63,038 nt of DNA, filler included, from Octopus bimaculoides (GCF_001194135.2; 8 parts of 8 records of this genome joined end to end with filler, not necessarily neighbours in it); one strand, 5' to 3'; shown: positions 35,778 to 49,114, counted from the whole stretch's first letter. The notes: generated by a model from the letters alone, not told the origin. Translations and numbers: made by a program.

Positions 35778-37459
35778 GTGCTCACATATGCACATACATA
35801 TATACAGGTATATGTATATATTTCCATTTAGTAATTTTGTAAGAAATTAACTAAACAGAACTCTATGAAATGTGATTGCTTTTAATAGCAACAATAATAA
35901 CACCCAGTATAAGAATAGAAAAATAGTAATACATCTATCTTCATAATGTTGCCTAATATTGATATCGCTAAATTGGATAAAAAATAAGGAAAATATTCTA
36001 CTATTGAAGACTGAAGAAATAATGGTAAGAATATATTTCACTTCTTATGAAGAGGAACAGAATTTGTTTCTACTGCAAGGAAGTGCAATTTCCTTTATAA
36101 ATAATAATGAAGTAAGAATAGAGAGAAAAAAAATCTTTCAAAAAATGAAAAACAAGCTAACAAAGAAAATCTAGGTGGAAAATTGGAATTAAGAAATTAT
36201 ACAACTAGAGAAAATACAAACAAAATGTTCACTGAAAATTATGAATAAATTTTCCTTTCAGTGAAACATTAACTTGGAAGCTTTCATATGTTGCTTGAAG
36301 ACCGGATAAAAATCATCACAGACAAAGATTGTCTTGAGAAATTTGTCTAAAATTAAGCATGGCTGGACAAATTTCAAGGGAGACAAAGAAGAAATAATGG
36401 ATAGAAAGGACATTGAGAGTTTCAGTGAAAGAACATCAATCACAATGGAATGCTATAACAGGCAGCTTATTGAATTGGTCCATAGAAAAGAGAGAGAGAA
36501 AAAAATACTATGAAAAAATAACCCAGAAAATCAGAAACCAGTTCTATTCAAGTAGTATAGCTGATTTATTAGTTCAATTTATTAGAAGCTAAATAATTGA
36601 AATAAGATTTGGTGAAACTTGGCAGCTCTCCAGTTTCAGGTACACACACACATTTATTTATACATGCATGGACACATGAGCACACACATGCAGATGCATA
36701 GATGCATCTATGTGTATTTTGTGCATATGTGCTCATATGAGTATGTTTATGTGATTGCACCTCTCTCAATTTCTCTCCTCTCTCTCCCTCCCCTTCTTCT
36801 CTCTCTATCTATATATATTTGTGCATGTGTATGTGCATTCATTTATACATAGATCTATATCTATCAATCTATCAAAATATGTGTGTGTGTGTGTGTGTGT
36901 GTGTGTATGGGGTGCAGTTTAATAGTTTTTATACATATATANNNNNNNNNNNNNNNNNNNNNNNNNNNNNNNNNNNNNNNNNNNNNNNNNNNNNNNNNNN
37001 NNNNNNNNNNNNNNNNNNNNNNNNNNNNNNNNNNNNNNNNNNNNNNNNNNNNNNNNNNNNNNNNNNNNNNNNNNNNNNNNNNNNNNNNNNNNNNNNNNNN
37101 NNNNNNNNNNNNNNNNNNNNNNNNNNNNNNNNNNNNNNNNNNNNNNNNNNNNNNNNNNNNNNNNNNNNNNNNNNNNNNNNNNNNNNNNNNNNNNNNNNNN
37201 NNNNNNNNNNNNNNNNNNNNNNNNNNNNNNNNNNNNNNNNNNNNNNNNNNNNNNNNNNNNNNNNNNNNNNNNNNNNNNNNNNNNNNNNNNNNNNNNNNNN
37301 NNNNNNNNNNNNNNNNNNNNNNNNNNNNNNNNNNNNNNNNNNNNNNNNNNNNNNNNNNNNNNNNNNNNNNNNNNNNNNNNNNNNNNNNNNNNNNNNNNNN
37401 NNNNNNNNNNNNNNNNNNNNNNNNNNNNNNNNNNNNNNNNNNNNNNNNNNNNNNNNNNN

Positions 37460-37704
37460 GGGATGGTGGCGAACCCTGCTGTACTCTTTCACCACAACTT
37501 TCTCTCACTCTTACTTCCTGTTTCTGTTGTGCCTGTAATTCAAAGGGTCAGCCTTGTCACACTGAATCTCCCCGAGAACTACGTTAAGGGTACACATGTC
37601 TGTGGAGTGCTCAGCCACTTGCACGTTAATTTCACAAGCAGGCTGTTCCGTTGATCGGATCAACTGGAACCCTCGACGTCGTAAGCGACGGAGTGCCAAC
37701 AACA
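37460..37704 (+). mobile_element. SINE family A (head lost in gap)
   Basis: Reverse complement of the 916-1300 body and tail; ends GACGGAGTGCCAACAACA. Confidence 0.9.
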
Positions 37705-37735
37705 TATATATGTATATATATATATATATATATGT

Positions 37736-38101
37736 CTGTTTTCCTGCCATTGGATTAAGATGATAAAGATTACAAATAAAATAGTCATTTCCCCCTTTAA
37801 GAAAAAAACAAAATAAAGCTGAAAATGCCAACACTTCAAAGAGTTGTTGCAGCTACTTCTTTTTTGCTTTCCTTACAATTGTTGCAGCTACTGCCATCCA
37901 TCCATTTTTTTTTCTTCCCTTAATCATTTATATAACTTTTGGAGTGCCATGAACTGACAAATAGAAATTCTCCCTATATTTTTATGAGATATTTTTTGAA
38001 TCACGGGTACTTGATTTTTTTTTTCTTAAGGGGAAAAATTACTATTCTATTTAAAATAAAATGTTAATCTTTATCATCTTAATCAAAAGGCAGAAAAACA
38101 G
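37736..38101. repeat. Fold-back element with about 75-85-bp imperfect inverted arms
   Basis: Perfect 20-bp core GATTAAGATGATAAAGATTA (37753-37772) / TAATCTTTATCATCTTAATC (38065-38084), with extended imperfect pairing. Confidence 0.8.
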
Positions 38102-38149
38102 CCAGAGAGACTATCTCTTTATAGACAGATATCAATTGCAATGGCAGGA

Positions 38150-38612
38150 GTTGAATCTCACAAGAATGGAAAAACAAACAACAACAAATTGGTTGTACCT
38201 TATAATGAAACTCTTTTAAGAGCATTCAAATACCACTGCAATGTTGAAATCATTGCCTCAGTGAGATCAGTTGAGTATGTCATCAAATACACACTGAAAT
38301 GAAATGACCAAGCTGCTGTTCAAAAAAAACAAAAAAAAAACAATGATAGTGAAATTAGTCAATATCTAATGGGTAGGTACACTGCCCCATCCAAAACAGT
38401 TGCATCCATTTTAGGATTTTCAATTCATGAAAGAGCACCTGCAATAGTGAGACTGCAAGTTCATCTACCAGATGAACAAAGAATATTGCTCAGAAATAAT
38501 GAGGATACATATGGCTGTCAATGAATGACATATGAGAACAACATTGACAGAATTCTTTTCCCTGTACATCAATGATAACTTTACAAAAACGTTGGTTTAT
38601 GCTGAAGTACTN
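38150..38612 (+). mobile_element. Helitron Rep/helicase fragment, degenerate
   Basis: NKLVVPYNETLLRAFKYHCNVEIIASVRSVEYVIKY..SEISQYLMGRY..ILGFSIHERAPAIVRLQVHLPDEQ..TTLTEFF matches the Helitron VVPYN..HINVE..KY..RL.VHLP motifs. Confidence 0.8.
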
Positions 38613-38711
38613 NNNNNNNNNNNNNNNNNNNNNNNNNNNNNNNNNNNNNNNNNNNTTAATTAATTAANNNNNNNNNNNNNNNNNNNNNNNNNNNNNNNNN
38701 NNNNNNNNNNN

Positions 38712-39770
38712 CGAAACACTGCAAAACAGAATATTGAAAGACTTCCATGTAAGACATCTGGGGATTGCCCGGATGAAAAGCCTCATGAGGTCGAATATGG
38801 ACAAGCAAATTGAGAGACCGGTAAAACAATGTAAGGGATGTGTTATGGCAGCAAAGGTGCCCCCAGTGCAGATACAGCCATGGCCAAAAACGGATTCAGC
38901 AGAGTTTAAACTTCATGCAGATTTTGCTGGACTAATAAATGGCTCTTATTATATCATCATGGTGGATAGCTATTTGAAATGGCCTGAAGTGTGTAAATAT
39001 TCATGGCCAACCACAAATGTGACTATTGACTTCTTTGAAGAATTGTTCGCTCGTTATGGGATGCCAGATACGATCATGTCAGATAATGGTACACACTTCA
39101 CGGCGAAGGAGTTCGAAAGATTCTGTAAGTCGGTCCAGATGAAGCATGTGTTAACTCTGCCATACCATCCAAGGTTAAATGGGTTAGCAGAAAGATTCGT
39201 TGACACATTCAAGAGAGCCTTAAGAAAGACCAGACAGGAAGCCTTTGAAGATAGATGTATGACAAAGTTCTTACAGGTATACAGAGCAACACCGAATCCA
39301 AATGCAGTCGGGTAGGTCACCTGCAGATTTGATGTTCTCCAGAAAAATTTGTTGTGTGTTTGACAAATTGTTGCCAAGTAGGAAATGGAAAATGCAGAAT
39401 TTGGGAAGTTGAATGAAATTTTTTAACACAGGTGACGAAGTGTATTTTAAAATATATTAAAATGGAAAACAGGACTGGGAACAAAGTAATATAACTGGAT
39501 GTCTGGGTAATGTGATGTACATGGTAAAAGGACCAAAATATGAACATAAAAGGCATTTTAACCAATTAAAGAAAAGATATACCAAAAATCAAGAAAGGCA
39601 AGAGGAGCCAATGGATATATGGTATGACGTGTATGAGGTCCCAGAATCACAAGTGAAAGCAGAACCGACATGTAGGTTGAACAGGAAAAGAAAACCTACA
39701 GAAATGATGGAAGTTAATGCCAAGAGAAAGAGATATGCCAGTTTCTCACCAAGGAAATAAAATTGATAAA
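38712..39770 (+). mobile_element. Ty3/Gypsy (Mag-like) integrase region
   Basis: ORF 38734-39315: HLGIARMKSLMR..CKGC (HHCC), LHADFAG, VDSYLKWPEV, SDNGTHF, PYHPRLNGLAERFVDTFK (DDE); the downstream frame is broken. Confidence 0.92.
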
Positions 39771-39819
39771 AATAAAATAAATAAATAAAAAGATAAAGCC
39801 AATCTCAAAAGGGGGGAGG

Positions 39820-40025
39820 TGTTGTGTGGAAGTAGAACACCCCTATGGGTTGGCTCCAAATGGACTGTGCCACAATATAAATGGACATACGCAGAGAGCC
39901 TTCAGAGCAGTGTAAAGCCGAGAGTTGCGTATTGTTGAGGGTTATTACCAATATCTTGAGTAGAACGATTTTTGAGGACATTATTATTATCCCGTTATAT
40001 TGTACGTCGAACGTGCGATGCAACA
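39820..40025 (+). mobile_element. 3' LTR of the Gypsy element, preceded by polypurine tract
   Basis: PPT AAAAGGGGGGAGG at 39807-39819; LTR begins TGTTG and the best candidate end is CAACA (40021-40025). Confidence 0.75.
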
Positions 40026-40295
40026 TATACTTGTTGTAAACACATTATTGAGAGAATCATATTTACTGCAGTATTCATCCAGGGATTAGATCTACTATGC
40101 AACAAAGCAGCCATAGAAGATGCACTGAAATGCATCTGGTATTCTTAGCAGCTGTTGCTGGGACAATTTTGGTCTTCCTGCTATGTAAATTGTGTTTATA
40201 AATATGTTTTTTTTATGTGTGTTTTATGTGTAGGTGTTTTGTATATGTATGTATGAATCCTTATTTTCAGTGTTTGTGTATACACACACACACAC

Positions 40296-41680
40296 ATGTC
40301 ATCATTTAACATCCATGTTGCAATGCGCTGGACAATTTGACCGGACCCAGTGTATTCCAGTGTTTGCTTGGCATGTTTTCTATGACTGGATGCCCTTCCT
40401 AATGTCAGCCACTTTAAGATTGGCTGTCATGGGAACAGCTCGTCTTAAACATTTCTGTGATGACTTGTAGGACAATAATGAATAGGAGAGGACTGAGCCT
40501 TGATGGACTCTTGCCTTTTATGCTAAATTCATCATGGAAATTATTGCTGACTCTCACTTTACTTACTGCATCCTGGAACTTAGCTTGTACAACCCTCAGA
40601 AGCCATTCATCTACTCTGTGTTTCTTCAGTGATGGCCAAATTGCTGAGCATTGTACCTTGTCAGTTGCTTCCTCCAAATCAACAAAAGCCATGAATAGTG
40701 GTTCATTCTCAGCTTTGTATTTCTCTGTCAGTTGCCTCACTAGGAAGGTTGCCTCTGTGATGGCACTTCTGGAAACAACCAAATAGCATCTCTTCTAGGT
40801 TTACTCTGTCATGGATCAGTTGGGTTACAATTCTCTCAATGAGCTTAATAATTGGGTCTAGTAGTTTGATTCCTCTTGCTGCTTCTCCATAAGGCGTCTC
40901 CTTTGCCCATGTAGCTGCATACAATGATACTGCTATGCCAGTCATTTGGTATGACACCTTCCTGTATGATTTGATTAACTATCTGGGTGGTAATCTCTTA
41001 TCCTATTTCAACAAATATGTTGAGCATTTTTGCAGTTATCCCTGATGGTCCCATGACTGTCTCTCTCTTTATATCCTTGGTTTCTTTATCTACCACACTG
41101 CTATCAACTTCAATTCCTGATCTCTCTGTTAAGTCAGCAAAGATAGACCCTGTTTATCCCAAGCATTCTCCACATTAGCAGCTTTTTTTGATAACGCTTA
41201 TATGCCAGTTACTTTTGTTCCATATCAATGGCACCTATGTCTTTATCTTTCCAAATACACTTCTCACCAATAATATCTTGGTTCTCACTCACACATTATC
41301 TTACAATGCCGAACACTTCACAGCTCTGATCCTCATATTACAGGACATACAAATCTCTTCTGCCTCACCTTTAGCTAAGTGCCCCTGTTGCCTTGATACC
41401 CTTTTAGTTATTAGGTAATGCTTCCTATTACCACCTATTACCACCTTCCTTTCAGGCTTTTCAAACTTATCTCTTGATCTTAATTACTCTATCAGTCTCA
41501 TACTTCCAACATCATGTTACTTTTGGCTTGGTTCGGACTTTGCTCCAGCTACATGTCTGATCAGCAGCCCTGAACAAGTTGTCTTTGTAGAAATCCCCAG
41601 TTGCCAGGCTACAAGTCTCTAACTCTTCTTCCCTGTAGTCATACGCATCACTAAGAATTTCTGTACAGTCACACCTTTCT
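40296..41680 (-). mobile_element. Old RTE-type LINE (EN-RT linker, RT domains 1-4, 3' tail), internally deleted
   Basis: RGIKLLDPIIKLIERIVTQLI..FG, EATFLVRQLTEKY..FMAFVDLEEATDKV..LSPLLFIIVLQ; many stops. Confidence 0.85.
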
Positions 41681-41917
41681 CTTTCTTTCTCCTTCCCCCC
41701 ACGCTCTCCCTCTCTCTCTATATATAACAAGAGGCAAAAGGGATTAATAAATCCAGACAGATTATAGAAAGCACTCAGTATTAAGCGAACTTGGTTAACT
41801 TTATCAAACAATCAGATACCAATAAATTCAAATAAAATTAACATCCAAGATAATTCCTTGTGTATGACAAATCCAAATCACTTAAAAGAATTTCAAGAAA
41901 TCCAGAGTATATAACAA

Positions 41918-43860
41918 TCATCATCATCATCATCATCATTTAACGTCCGCTTTCCATGCTGGCATGGGTTGGACGATTTGACTGAGGACTGGTGAAACTG
42001 GATGGCAACACCAGGTTCCAATCTAATTTGGCAGAGTTTCTACAGCTGGGTGCCCTTCCTAATGCCAACCACTCAGAGAGTGTAGTGGATGTTTTACGTG
42101 TCACCCGCACGAAGGCCAGTCAGGCGGTACTGGCAACGGCCACGCTCAAAATGGTGTATTTTATGTGCCACCCGCACTACAGCCAGTCCAGGGGNNNNNN
42201 NNNNGCTCAAAATGGTGTATTTTATGTGCCACCCGCACTACAGCCAGTCCAGGGGCACTGGCAACGATCTCGCTCGAAAATCCTTGCACATGTCACGGGC
42301 ACAAGTGCTAGAAAGGCGATGCTCGGCACAGGTGCTATCCCCGATTTCGCTTGCCCCAATAAGTCTTCGCAAGCGGAGTTTAGTGTCCAATGTAGGAAAG
42401 GTACACATAAGTGGGCTGGCTACACCCCTGGCACCCCTTGGATTTAGGTCTCACTTGGCTTGCCGGGTCTTCTCACGCACAGCACATTTCCAAAGGTCTC
42501 GGTCAGAAGTCATCGCGGAGCATACTTTCTTCATTCCTTGCGAGCTTACGCATGTCCTCAGCAGTCACAGCCCATGTTTCACTGCCATGTAGCATGGCTG
42601 TTTGTACACATGCGTCATACAGTCTGCTTTTTACTCTGAGTGAGAATCCCTTTGTTGCCAGCAGAGGTAAGAGCTCTCTGAACTTTGCCCAGGCTATTCT
42701 TATTCTAGCAGCTACACTTTCAGCGCACCCACCCCCACTACTAACTTGGTCACCCAGATAGCGGAAGCTATCAACTACCTCTAGTTTTTCTCCCTGGAAT
42801 GAGACATCTGCCACATATAAAAACTAACTTCCTAGTTAANNNNNNNNNNNNNNNNNNNNNNNNNNNNNNNNNNNNNNNNNNNNNNNNNNNNNNNNNNNNN
42901 NNNNNNNNNNNNNNNNNNNNNNNNNNNNNNNNNNNNNNNNNNNNNNNNNNNNNNNNNNNNNNNNNNNNNNNNNNNNNNNNNNNNNNNNNNNNNNNNNNNN
43001 NNNNNNNNNNNNNNNNNNNNNNNNNNNNNNNNNNNNNNNNNNNNNNNNNNNNNNNNNNNNNNNNNNNNNNNNNNNNNNNNNNNNNNNNNNNNNNNNNNNN
43101 NNNNNNNNNNNNNNNNNNNNNNNNNNNNNNNNNNNNNNNNNNNNNNNNNNNNNNNNNNNNNNNNNNNNNNNNNNNNNNNNNNNNNNNNNNNNNNNNNNNN
43201 NNNNNNNNNNNNNNNNNNNNNNNNNNNNNNNNNNNNNNNNNNNNNNNNNNNNNNNNNNNNNNNNNNNNNNNNNNNNNNNNNNNNNNNNNNNNNNNNNNNN
43301 NNNNNNNNNNNNNNNNNNNNNNNNNNNNNNNNNNNNNNNNNNNNNNNNNNNNNNNNNNNNNNNNNNNNNNNNNNNNNNNNNNNNNNNNNNNNNNNNNNNN
43401 NNNNNNNNNNNNNNNNNNNNNNNNNNNNNNNNNNNNNNNNNNNNNNNNNNNNNNNNNNNNNNNNNNNNNNNNNNNNNNNNNNNNNNNNNNNNNNNNNNNN
43501 NNNNNNNNNNTGTCTTCATACTCTTAATTGCTTTATCTACCCTGGTACTGTCAACTCGGATAGCTGGTCCCTCTGTTGGGTCGACATATGGCAGGCTCTC
43601 TTTCTCCCATTCATTCTCTTTATTAAGCAATCTATCGTAGTGGCATCTCCAGACCTCTTTCTTTGCAGCCTCATTTAGTGCAAGCGTACCATCATCCATG
43701 CGAACACATTTCTCTCCTACAACATCACTATTCTCTCTCCTACACTGTCTTGCAACACGAAATACCTCAAGTCTTTGGTCCTCACGGCGCAGAACATTGG
43801 CAAATCTTTTCTTATCTGCTTCCCCTCTGGCTAAATAAACCCGTCGTCAAATGCTTCAAG
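41918..43860 (-). mobile_element. RTE-type LINE, younger copy spanning a gap
   Basis: 43860-43511: FANVLRREDQRLEVFRVARQC..GPAIRVDSTRVDKAIKSMKT; 42814-42503: RYLGDQV..MLHGSETW; 3' tail with (GAT)n at about 41918. Confidence 0.92.
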
Positions 43861-44128
43861 TAACATGTCTATGAACTAAAATGGAGAAAATCACATCTCT
43901 TATTGACTATTATACCATACATTACCAACAATTGTTTCTATTGTGTCAGCATATTTAGATATAGACAAAATGTCCAATATATCCGAAAATTTATGGTAAC
44001 ATATTGTTATCAAGGTAACCTAAAAACAGGTTAAGTTCAAAGTGAACTGAAATAATATGCATAATATATGAAAGCATACAAAAAGAGTGTTAGGAAGAAA
44101 TATAAGAAAAGCCAGTTTTAGTATTTAA

Positions 44129-44346
44129 CCCTTTCGTTACCAACTGTGCTGAAACTGGCTCTGGCTCTGAGTACAAACGTCTTGATTTCATAAGTTTTGA
44201 ATTAAAATCTTCCACCAAACCTTAGTCACAATTTATGTTCCTAACACTAGCTGAATGATAACTAAGTTATTTTACTAAATTCTTTGTTATATTTAAAGTA
44301 ATTGAAAGTAATACAGAGCATCTCAAAATATACAGTAACGAAAGGG
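44129..44346. mobile_element. piggyBac-like MITE (second TTAA family)
   Basis: TTAA|CCCTTTCGTTAC ... GTAACGAAAGGG|TTAA, perfect 12-bp TIR. Confidence 0.85.
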
Positions 44347-44486
44347 TTAAACTTATGATGTCTGTAGACAATGAAAGAATAAAAGGTAAACAGAAATTCA
44401 AAGCCATGGCATTTTGTTATCTAGCTATTTATATATGCTAAAAAAAATTTAGAAAAATTATGTTTATTAGATTATAGAAAAAGCTC

Positions 44487-44868
44487 TTGTTGGCACTCCG
44501 TCGCTTACGACGTCGAGGGTTCCAGTTGATCCGATCAACGGAACAGCCTGCTCGTGAAATGAACGTGCAAGTGGCTGAGCACTCCACAGGCACGTGTACC
44601 CTTAACGTAGTTCTCGGGGATATTCAGCGTGACACAGTGTGACAAGGCTGACCCTTTGAATTACAGGCACAACAGAAACAGGAAGTAAGAGTGAGAGAAA
44701 GTTGTGGTGGAAGAGTACAGCAGGGTTCGTCACCATCCCCTGCCGGAGCCTCGTGGAGCTTTAGGTGTTTCGCTCAATAAACTCTCACAACGCCTGGTCT
44801 GGGAATCGAAACCACGATCCTATGACCGCGAGTCCGCTGCCCTAACCACTGGGCCATTGCGCCTCCAC
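44487..44868 (-). mobile_element. SINE family A, full length
   Basis: Near-identical to 916-1300; approximate TSD AGAAAAAGCT / AGGAAAAGCT. Confidence 0.92.
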
Positions 44869-44874
44869 AGGAAA

Positions 44875-46141
44875 AGCTGTAAGCAATATACATATATATT
44901 ACTTTGTCTTGGTATTTATGTTCAGCATATCCGATACTTCTGCTATCTTCATCATCATTTGTCATCCCTCTCTATGTATCTGTATACACACTTGGTCTCT
45001 TATTTGTGGTGGGCTTGTGTGAAGATGTGCATGGCTTAGTTTCATTTGTAATCCCGATAGACAATTGCTGCATTATCTTCTGTCATACCTGAGAAACTTT
45101 GTTGTTCTCCTGCTCTAACTTGAACAGCATCATATGCAGCTTTTTGGTGGTCTTCCTCACTGCAGGTGTATTGTAGGTTATGGCCTTTTTAGGGTGTGTT
45201 TTGACTCCATTTTTTGACTGAGTGGGGAGTAATTACTACCTTCTGTTTCACTGTGCCTGAGCTTTTGACGTGCAAAGTACCTGTTTGTCACCATGCCAGT
45301 AGACACCATTTAGGGAAAATTTGCAAATGATTTGCATTTCTTGTACTGTATTTCTGTTTCTTTTGTTTCTGTTTTTTAGTATTTTAAACTTTTAAATCCA
45401 GTTTCATTAGTCTTTGGCTAGTTCCTTTTTCTTTGTTACTGCTTTGAGAGGTAGTGTTAGGGTTGCTTTTCTTGAGCGCTGTTGCTTCCATTTCAGTTCT
45501 TACACCTCTGTGGTTATCATCATCAATGGTCGCAGAGCTGGTTGCATTGTTGTTGGCTTCTCTGTTAGATTTTTCACCTGAAGCTCGAGCATTAGCACAG
45601 CTCTGTATTGGGCTTCTTTCGTGGAGCCTCAGCATTTTAAGAAGTATGCCTAAGTGTCACCTGACATGTGTACAGGAATGGATAAATTCACTCTTCTCTT
45701 TTTGGATTTGCATTGGGACTTGGTAAATGTGCTACTGTTCAGGGCTGCTTTAATTAGGTTGTTGGGTGAATTGTTTTCTGCAGTGATCCATGCTCTGAGG
45801 AACAATTGTAGATCCAGATTCTTAAACCTTTTTGACATCTTGATGACCGTAACTCTTTTTTTTCCTTTGGGAAATTTATCTGTGTAAGAGGTGTGTGTAG
45901 TTTCTGAATGCAGAGAGTGAGTGAAGGAATGGTGAGATTATGAGAAAAGTGAGGGTAGATTGAAATCGAGAGAAGGGAGCAAGTGTGGAGACGAGAGAGA
46001 GAGAGAGAGAGAGAGAGTGATAGGAGGACTGGTGTATGTATGTGTAAATGTGTGAGTGCATGTGCCTAGATGTGTGTGTATGTATATAGGCTTATCTGTA
46101 TAAATATGAGTGCATATATACATGTATGTGATGTTTGTATT

Positions 46142-46195
<54 letters not shown>

Positions 46196-46263
46196 GACAC
46201 ACACATGTATGTATTTGTGTGTGTATGTATATATATATATATATATGTATTTGTATATGTATG

Positions 46264-46306
<43 letters not shown>

Positions 46307-46421
46307 GTATATGTGTGCTCCCTAGCTGTAAGCAATATACATATATATTACTTTGACTTGGTATTTATGTTCAGCATATCCGATACTTCTGCTATCTTCA
46401 TCATCATTTGTCATCCCTCTC
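44875..46421. repeat. 98-bp direct repeat pair (44875-44972 and 46324-46421) enclosing a possible LINE ORF1 relic
   Basis: Both copies read AGCTGTAAGCAATATACATATATATTACTTTG(T/A)CTTGG...GTCATCCCTCTC, one mismatch. Confidence 0.85.
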
Positions 46422-46747
46422 GTGTATTAGCATGGATTGGATATTTATGTTCTAAATATCTCCATTATAAACAATGTCCACCTATCCATCACTGTGCACC
46501 ACAAATCTACTAACTTCCACCCCCACACTGTTCTTGTGTTAATTCTAAACCCATTAAATCTGTTATACCATTCTTTCAACTCCTTCAGCTTCACTAATTC
46601 TGCAGTATTGATTTGGATTTCATTTATCATTGTAAGAGAATGTAATATTTCCTCTTGAATCAGTGGTACTCAAGATCAGTTGTGGACCCAGCACTATGTT
46701 AGGTCTAGGCCATTGACTGTACCACTGCTTTCTTACCTTTATACATA

Positions 46748-46866
<119 letters not shown>

Positions 46867-47382
46867 GTTTGGCTGGAACTGGTAAACTGGAGAGTTGCAC
46901 CAGGTTCCAGTCTGATTTGACATGGTTTCTATGGCTGGTTGGCCCTTTCTATCCCTAACCACTCTATTTATATACATGTACATAAGTGTGGATATGCTTA
47001 TGTGTGTGTGTGTGTGTGTGCATGTAGGTATATATAAACACATGATCACAAAATTGGGGTTTCATTTCTCAGAGCAGGAGGTGCATTATGCCCTTGAGCA
47101 AAACATTTCATTTCATGTTGCTCCAGTCCACTCAGCTGTAAATGAGTTAGCCTGCTACTGAATAGTGTCTTGTTCAGAGCAGTGTTGTGATCGCAGTCAC
47201 TTATATGCCATGGGAACTGGTTAACTGACCCTGTAAGTCCTTGAGCTCAATACAGTAATGTCTAGAGGTTACCTTTATCTTTATGTATATATATTTGTAT
47301 ATGTGTCAATATATATATTTGTATATGTGTCTATATATGTATATGTGTCAGTATATATATATATATATATATNNNNNNNNNN

Positions 47383-47520
47383 GGCATCCAGCTGTAGAAA
47401 CTCTGCCAAATCAGACTGGAGCCTGGTGTTGCCATCCGGTTTCACCAGTCCTCAGTCAAATCGTCCAACCCATGCTAGCATGGAAAGCGGACGTTAAACG
47501 ATGATGATGATGATGATGAT
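47383..47520 (+). mobile_element. RTE 3' end with (GAT)n tail
   Basis: Near-identical to 30713-30853. Confidence 0.85.
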
Positions 47521-47552
<32 letters not shown>

Positions 47553-47639
47553 TCGTACATGTGTCAATACATATATATGCATGTATATACAGTAGTTGTA
47601 TGAAAAAAAATGCTTATGCGGGCATAATCTTTTTATTAA

Positions 47640-48720
47640 CTAACATTGGTTATCATTCTCCTTGTTCAAATGGCATATGTCGGTAGAGTGACATGCAATT
47701 TCCTCTGTGCAGTGGGGTACCATTCAACATAGTTTCCTTTACAGCTTATTCACTTGCATCATCATTGAATCCAGTTCTCAAATCTTCTTTGTGAAAAGGA
47801 TTCATATGTGGTTTCCATTTTACCATGGTTACTTTCACTTCATCTGTGTCATCAAATCCTTAACTCAAAGATTGTCCTTCAGTGGAACAAAACAGGTGGA
47901 AGTTGGTGGGCATCAGATCTAGGTTGGATAGTGGTGGGACACTAACCAGCCCAATTTGCTGATTGCCTTATTTATTGCTAAAAATGTGTGGTCACACATT
48001 ATCAAGGTTAATGTGGATTGTTTTCAAATACTTGTTTGATCTTTTTCACCTAATAGCTCTCTCTAAGCTCTTTGAGAATCTCAGTGCATGATCCACTTTT
48101 CATAGTATAGCTAAATTGCAGAAAATCAAGGAGAATGAAACCCTTGTCATCCTGAGGCACAATCACTCTGGAATTTTTGTACCAATTACTGGCATTGGTG
48201 AAGAGGTGTGATGTCATTCTGTAAATTCTGCTATGTTTCATTTACCGTTACTGGATGGGGCGGGGAACAAACAAAAGCAAAACTTGTCTTCATTGGCTTC
48301 AAATGCTTCTAGTAAATCAGAGCATATTACCAACCTTGTCTCCTTGAAATCTAGTGTCAACTGCTGAGGCACCTACATTGCAATCCACTTGTGCTGCAAG
48401 CTTGTTCTGTCTGCATGAATCAGTTTGTTAACTTTCTGGTGATTCATCTCATCAATCACAATTGAGAGTCTGTCTCTGTGGATTGTCTTCAGTGCTGGTA
48501 TCCCCTTCTTTAAACTTCTTCATACATTCGTGCACATTGCTCTTGTCAGTGATATTTCTGTAAACAACCTGTAGCTTTTTGTGGATGTTAGACAGCTTGC
48601 ATCCCTCCTTTGTTAAGGACTCAATGATTACAGCTAGCTTTTGCTTGGATCCTATTATTCACTGGTGAAGAAGAGGAAGAACGTTAGTGTAGAAGGAAAA
48701 GTTCCTCTATCAAGGTGTGT
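47640..48720 (-). mobile_element. Old mariner transposon relic
   Basis: Minus-strand remnants LSNIHKKLQVVY..KFKEGDTSTED, *VPQQLT, QDDKGFILLDFL and LDLMPTNFHLF (cf. PDLAPSDFHLF); boundaries approximate. Confidence 0.65.
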
Positions 48721-48785
48721 TATTTGAATACTCTAGGTCAGCTGATGTGTGTATATGTATATACAGGTGTGTGTGTATATTTTAA

Positions 48786-49114
48786 AGGAGCACTCTGTCA
48801 TTTATGATGACGAGAATCCCAGCTGATATGATCAACGGAACAGCTTGCTCATGAAATTAAGGTGCAAGTGGCTGAGCACTCCACAGACACGTGTACCCTT
48901 AACGTAGTTCTTGGAGATTCAGCATGATACAGGGTGTGACAAGGCTGGCCCATTGAATTACAGGTACTACTCATTTTTGCCAGCTGAGTGGACTGGAGCA
49001 ACATTAAATAAAGTGTCTTGTTCAAGGACACAATGTGTCCCATGAATTGAACTCATGACACTCATGACCTTATGGTCGTGAGCCAAATACCCTAACCACT
49101 AAGCCACACGCCTT
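48786..49114 (-). mobile_element. SINE family B, full length (tRNA head, CORE-like centre, family-A tail)
   Basis: Minus: GGCGTGTGGCTTAGTGGTTAGGG..GAGTTCAATTC..ACACTTTATTTAATGTTGCTCCAGTCCACTCAGCTGGCAAAAATGAG.. Confidence 0.85.

Noticed and set aside
42140-42260. Apparent 50-bp tandem duplication inside the RTE 3' UTR
   Set aside because: The copies flank a 10-N gap; most likely overlapping contig ends.
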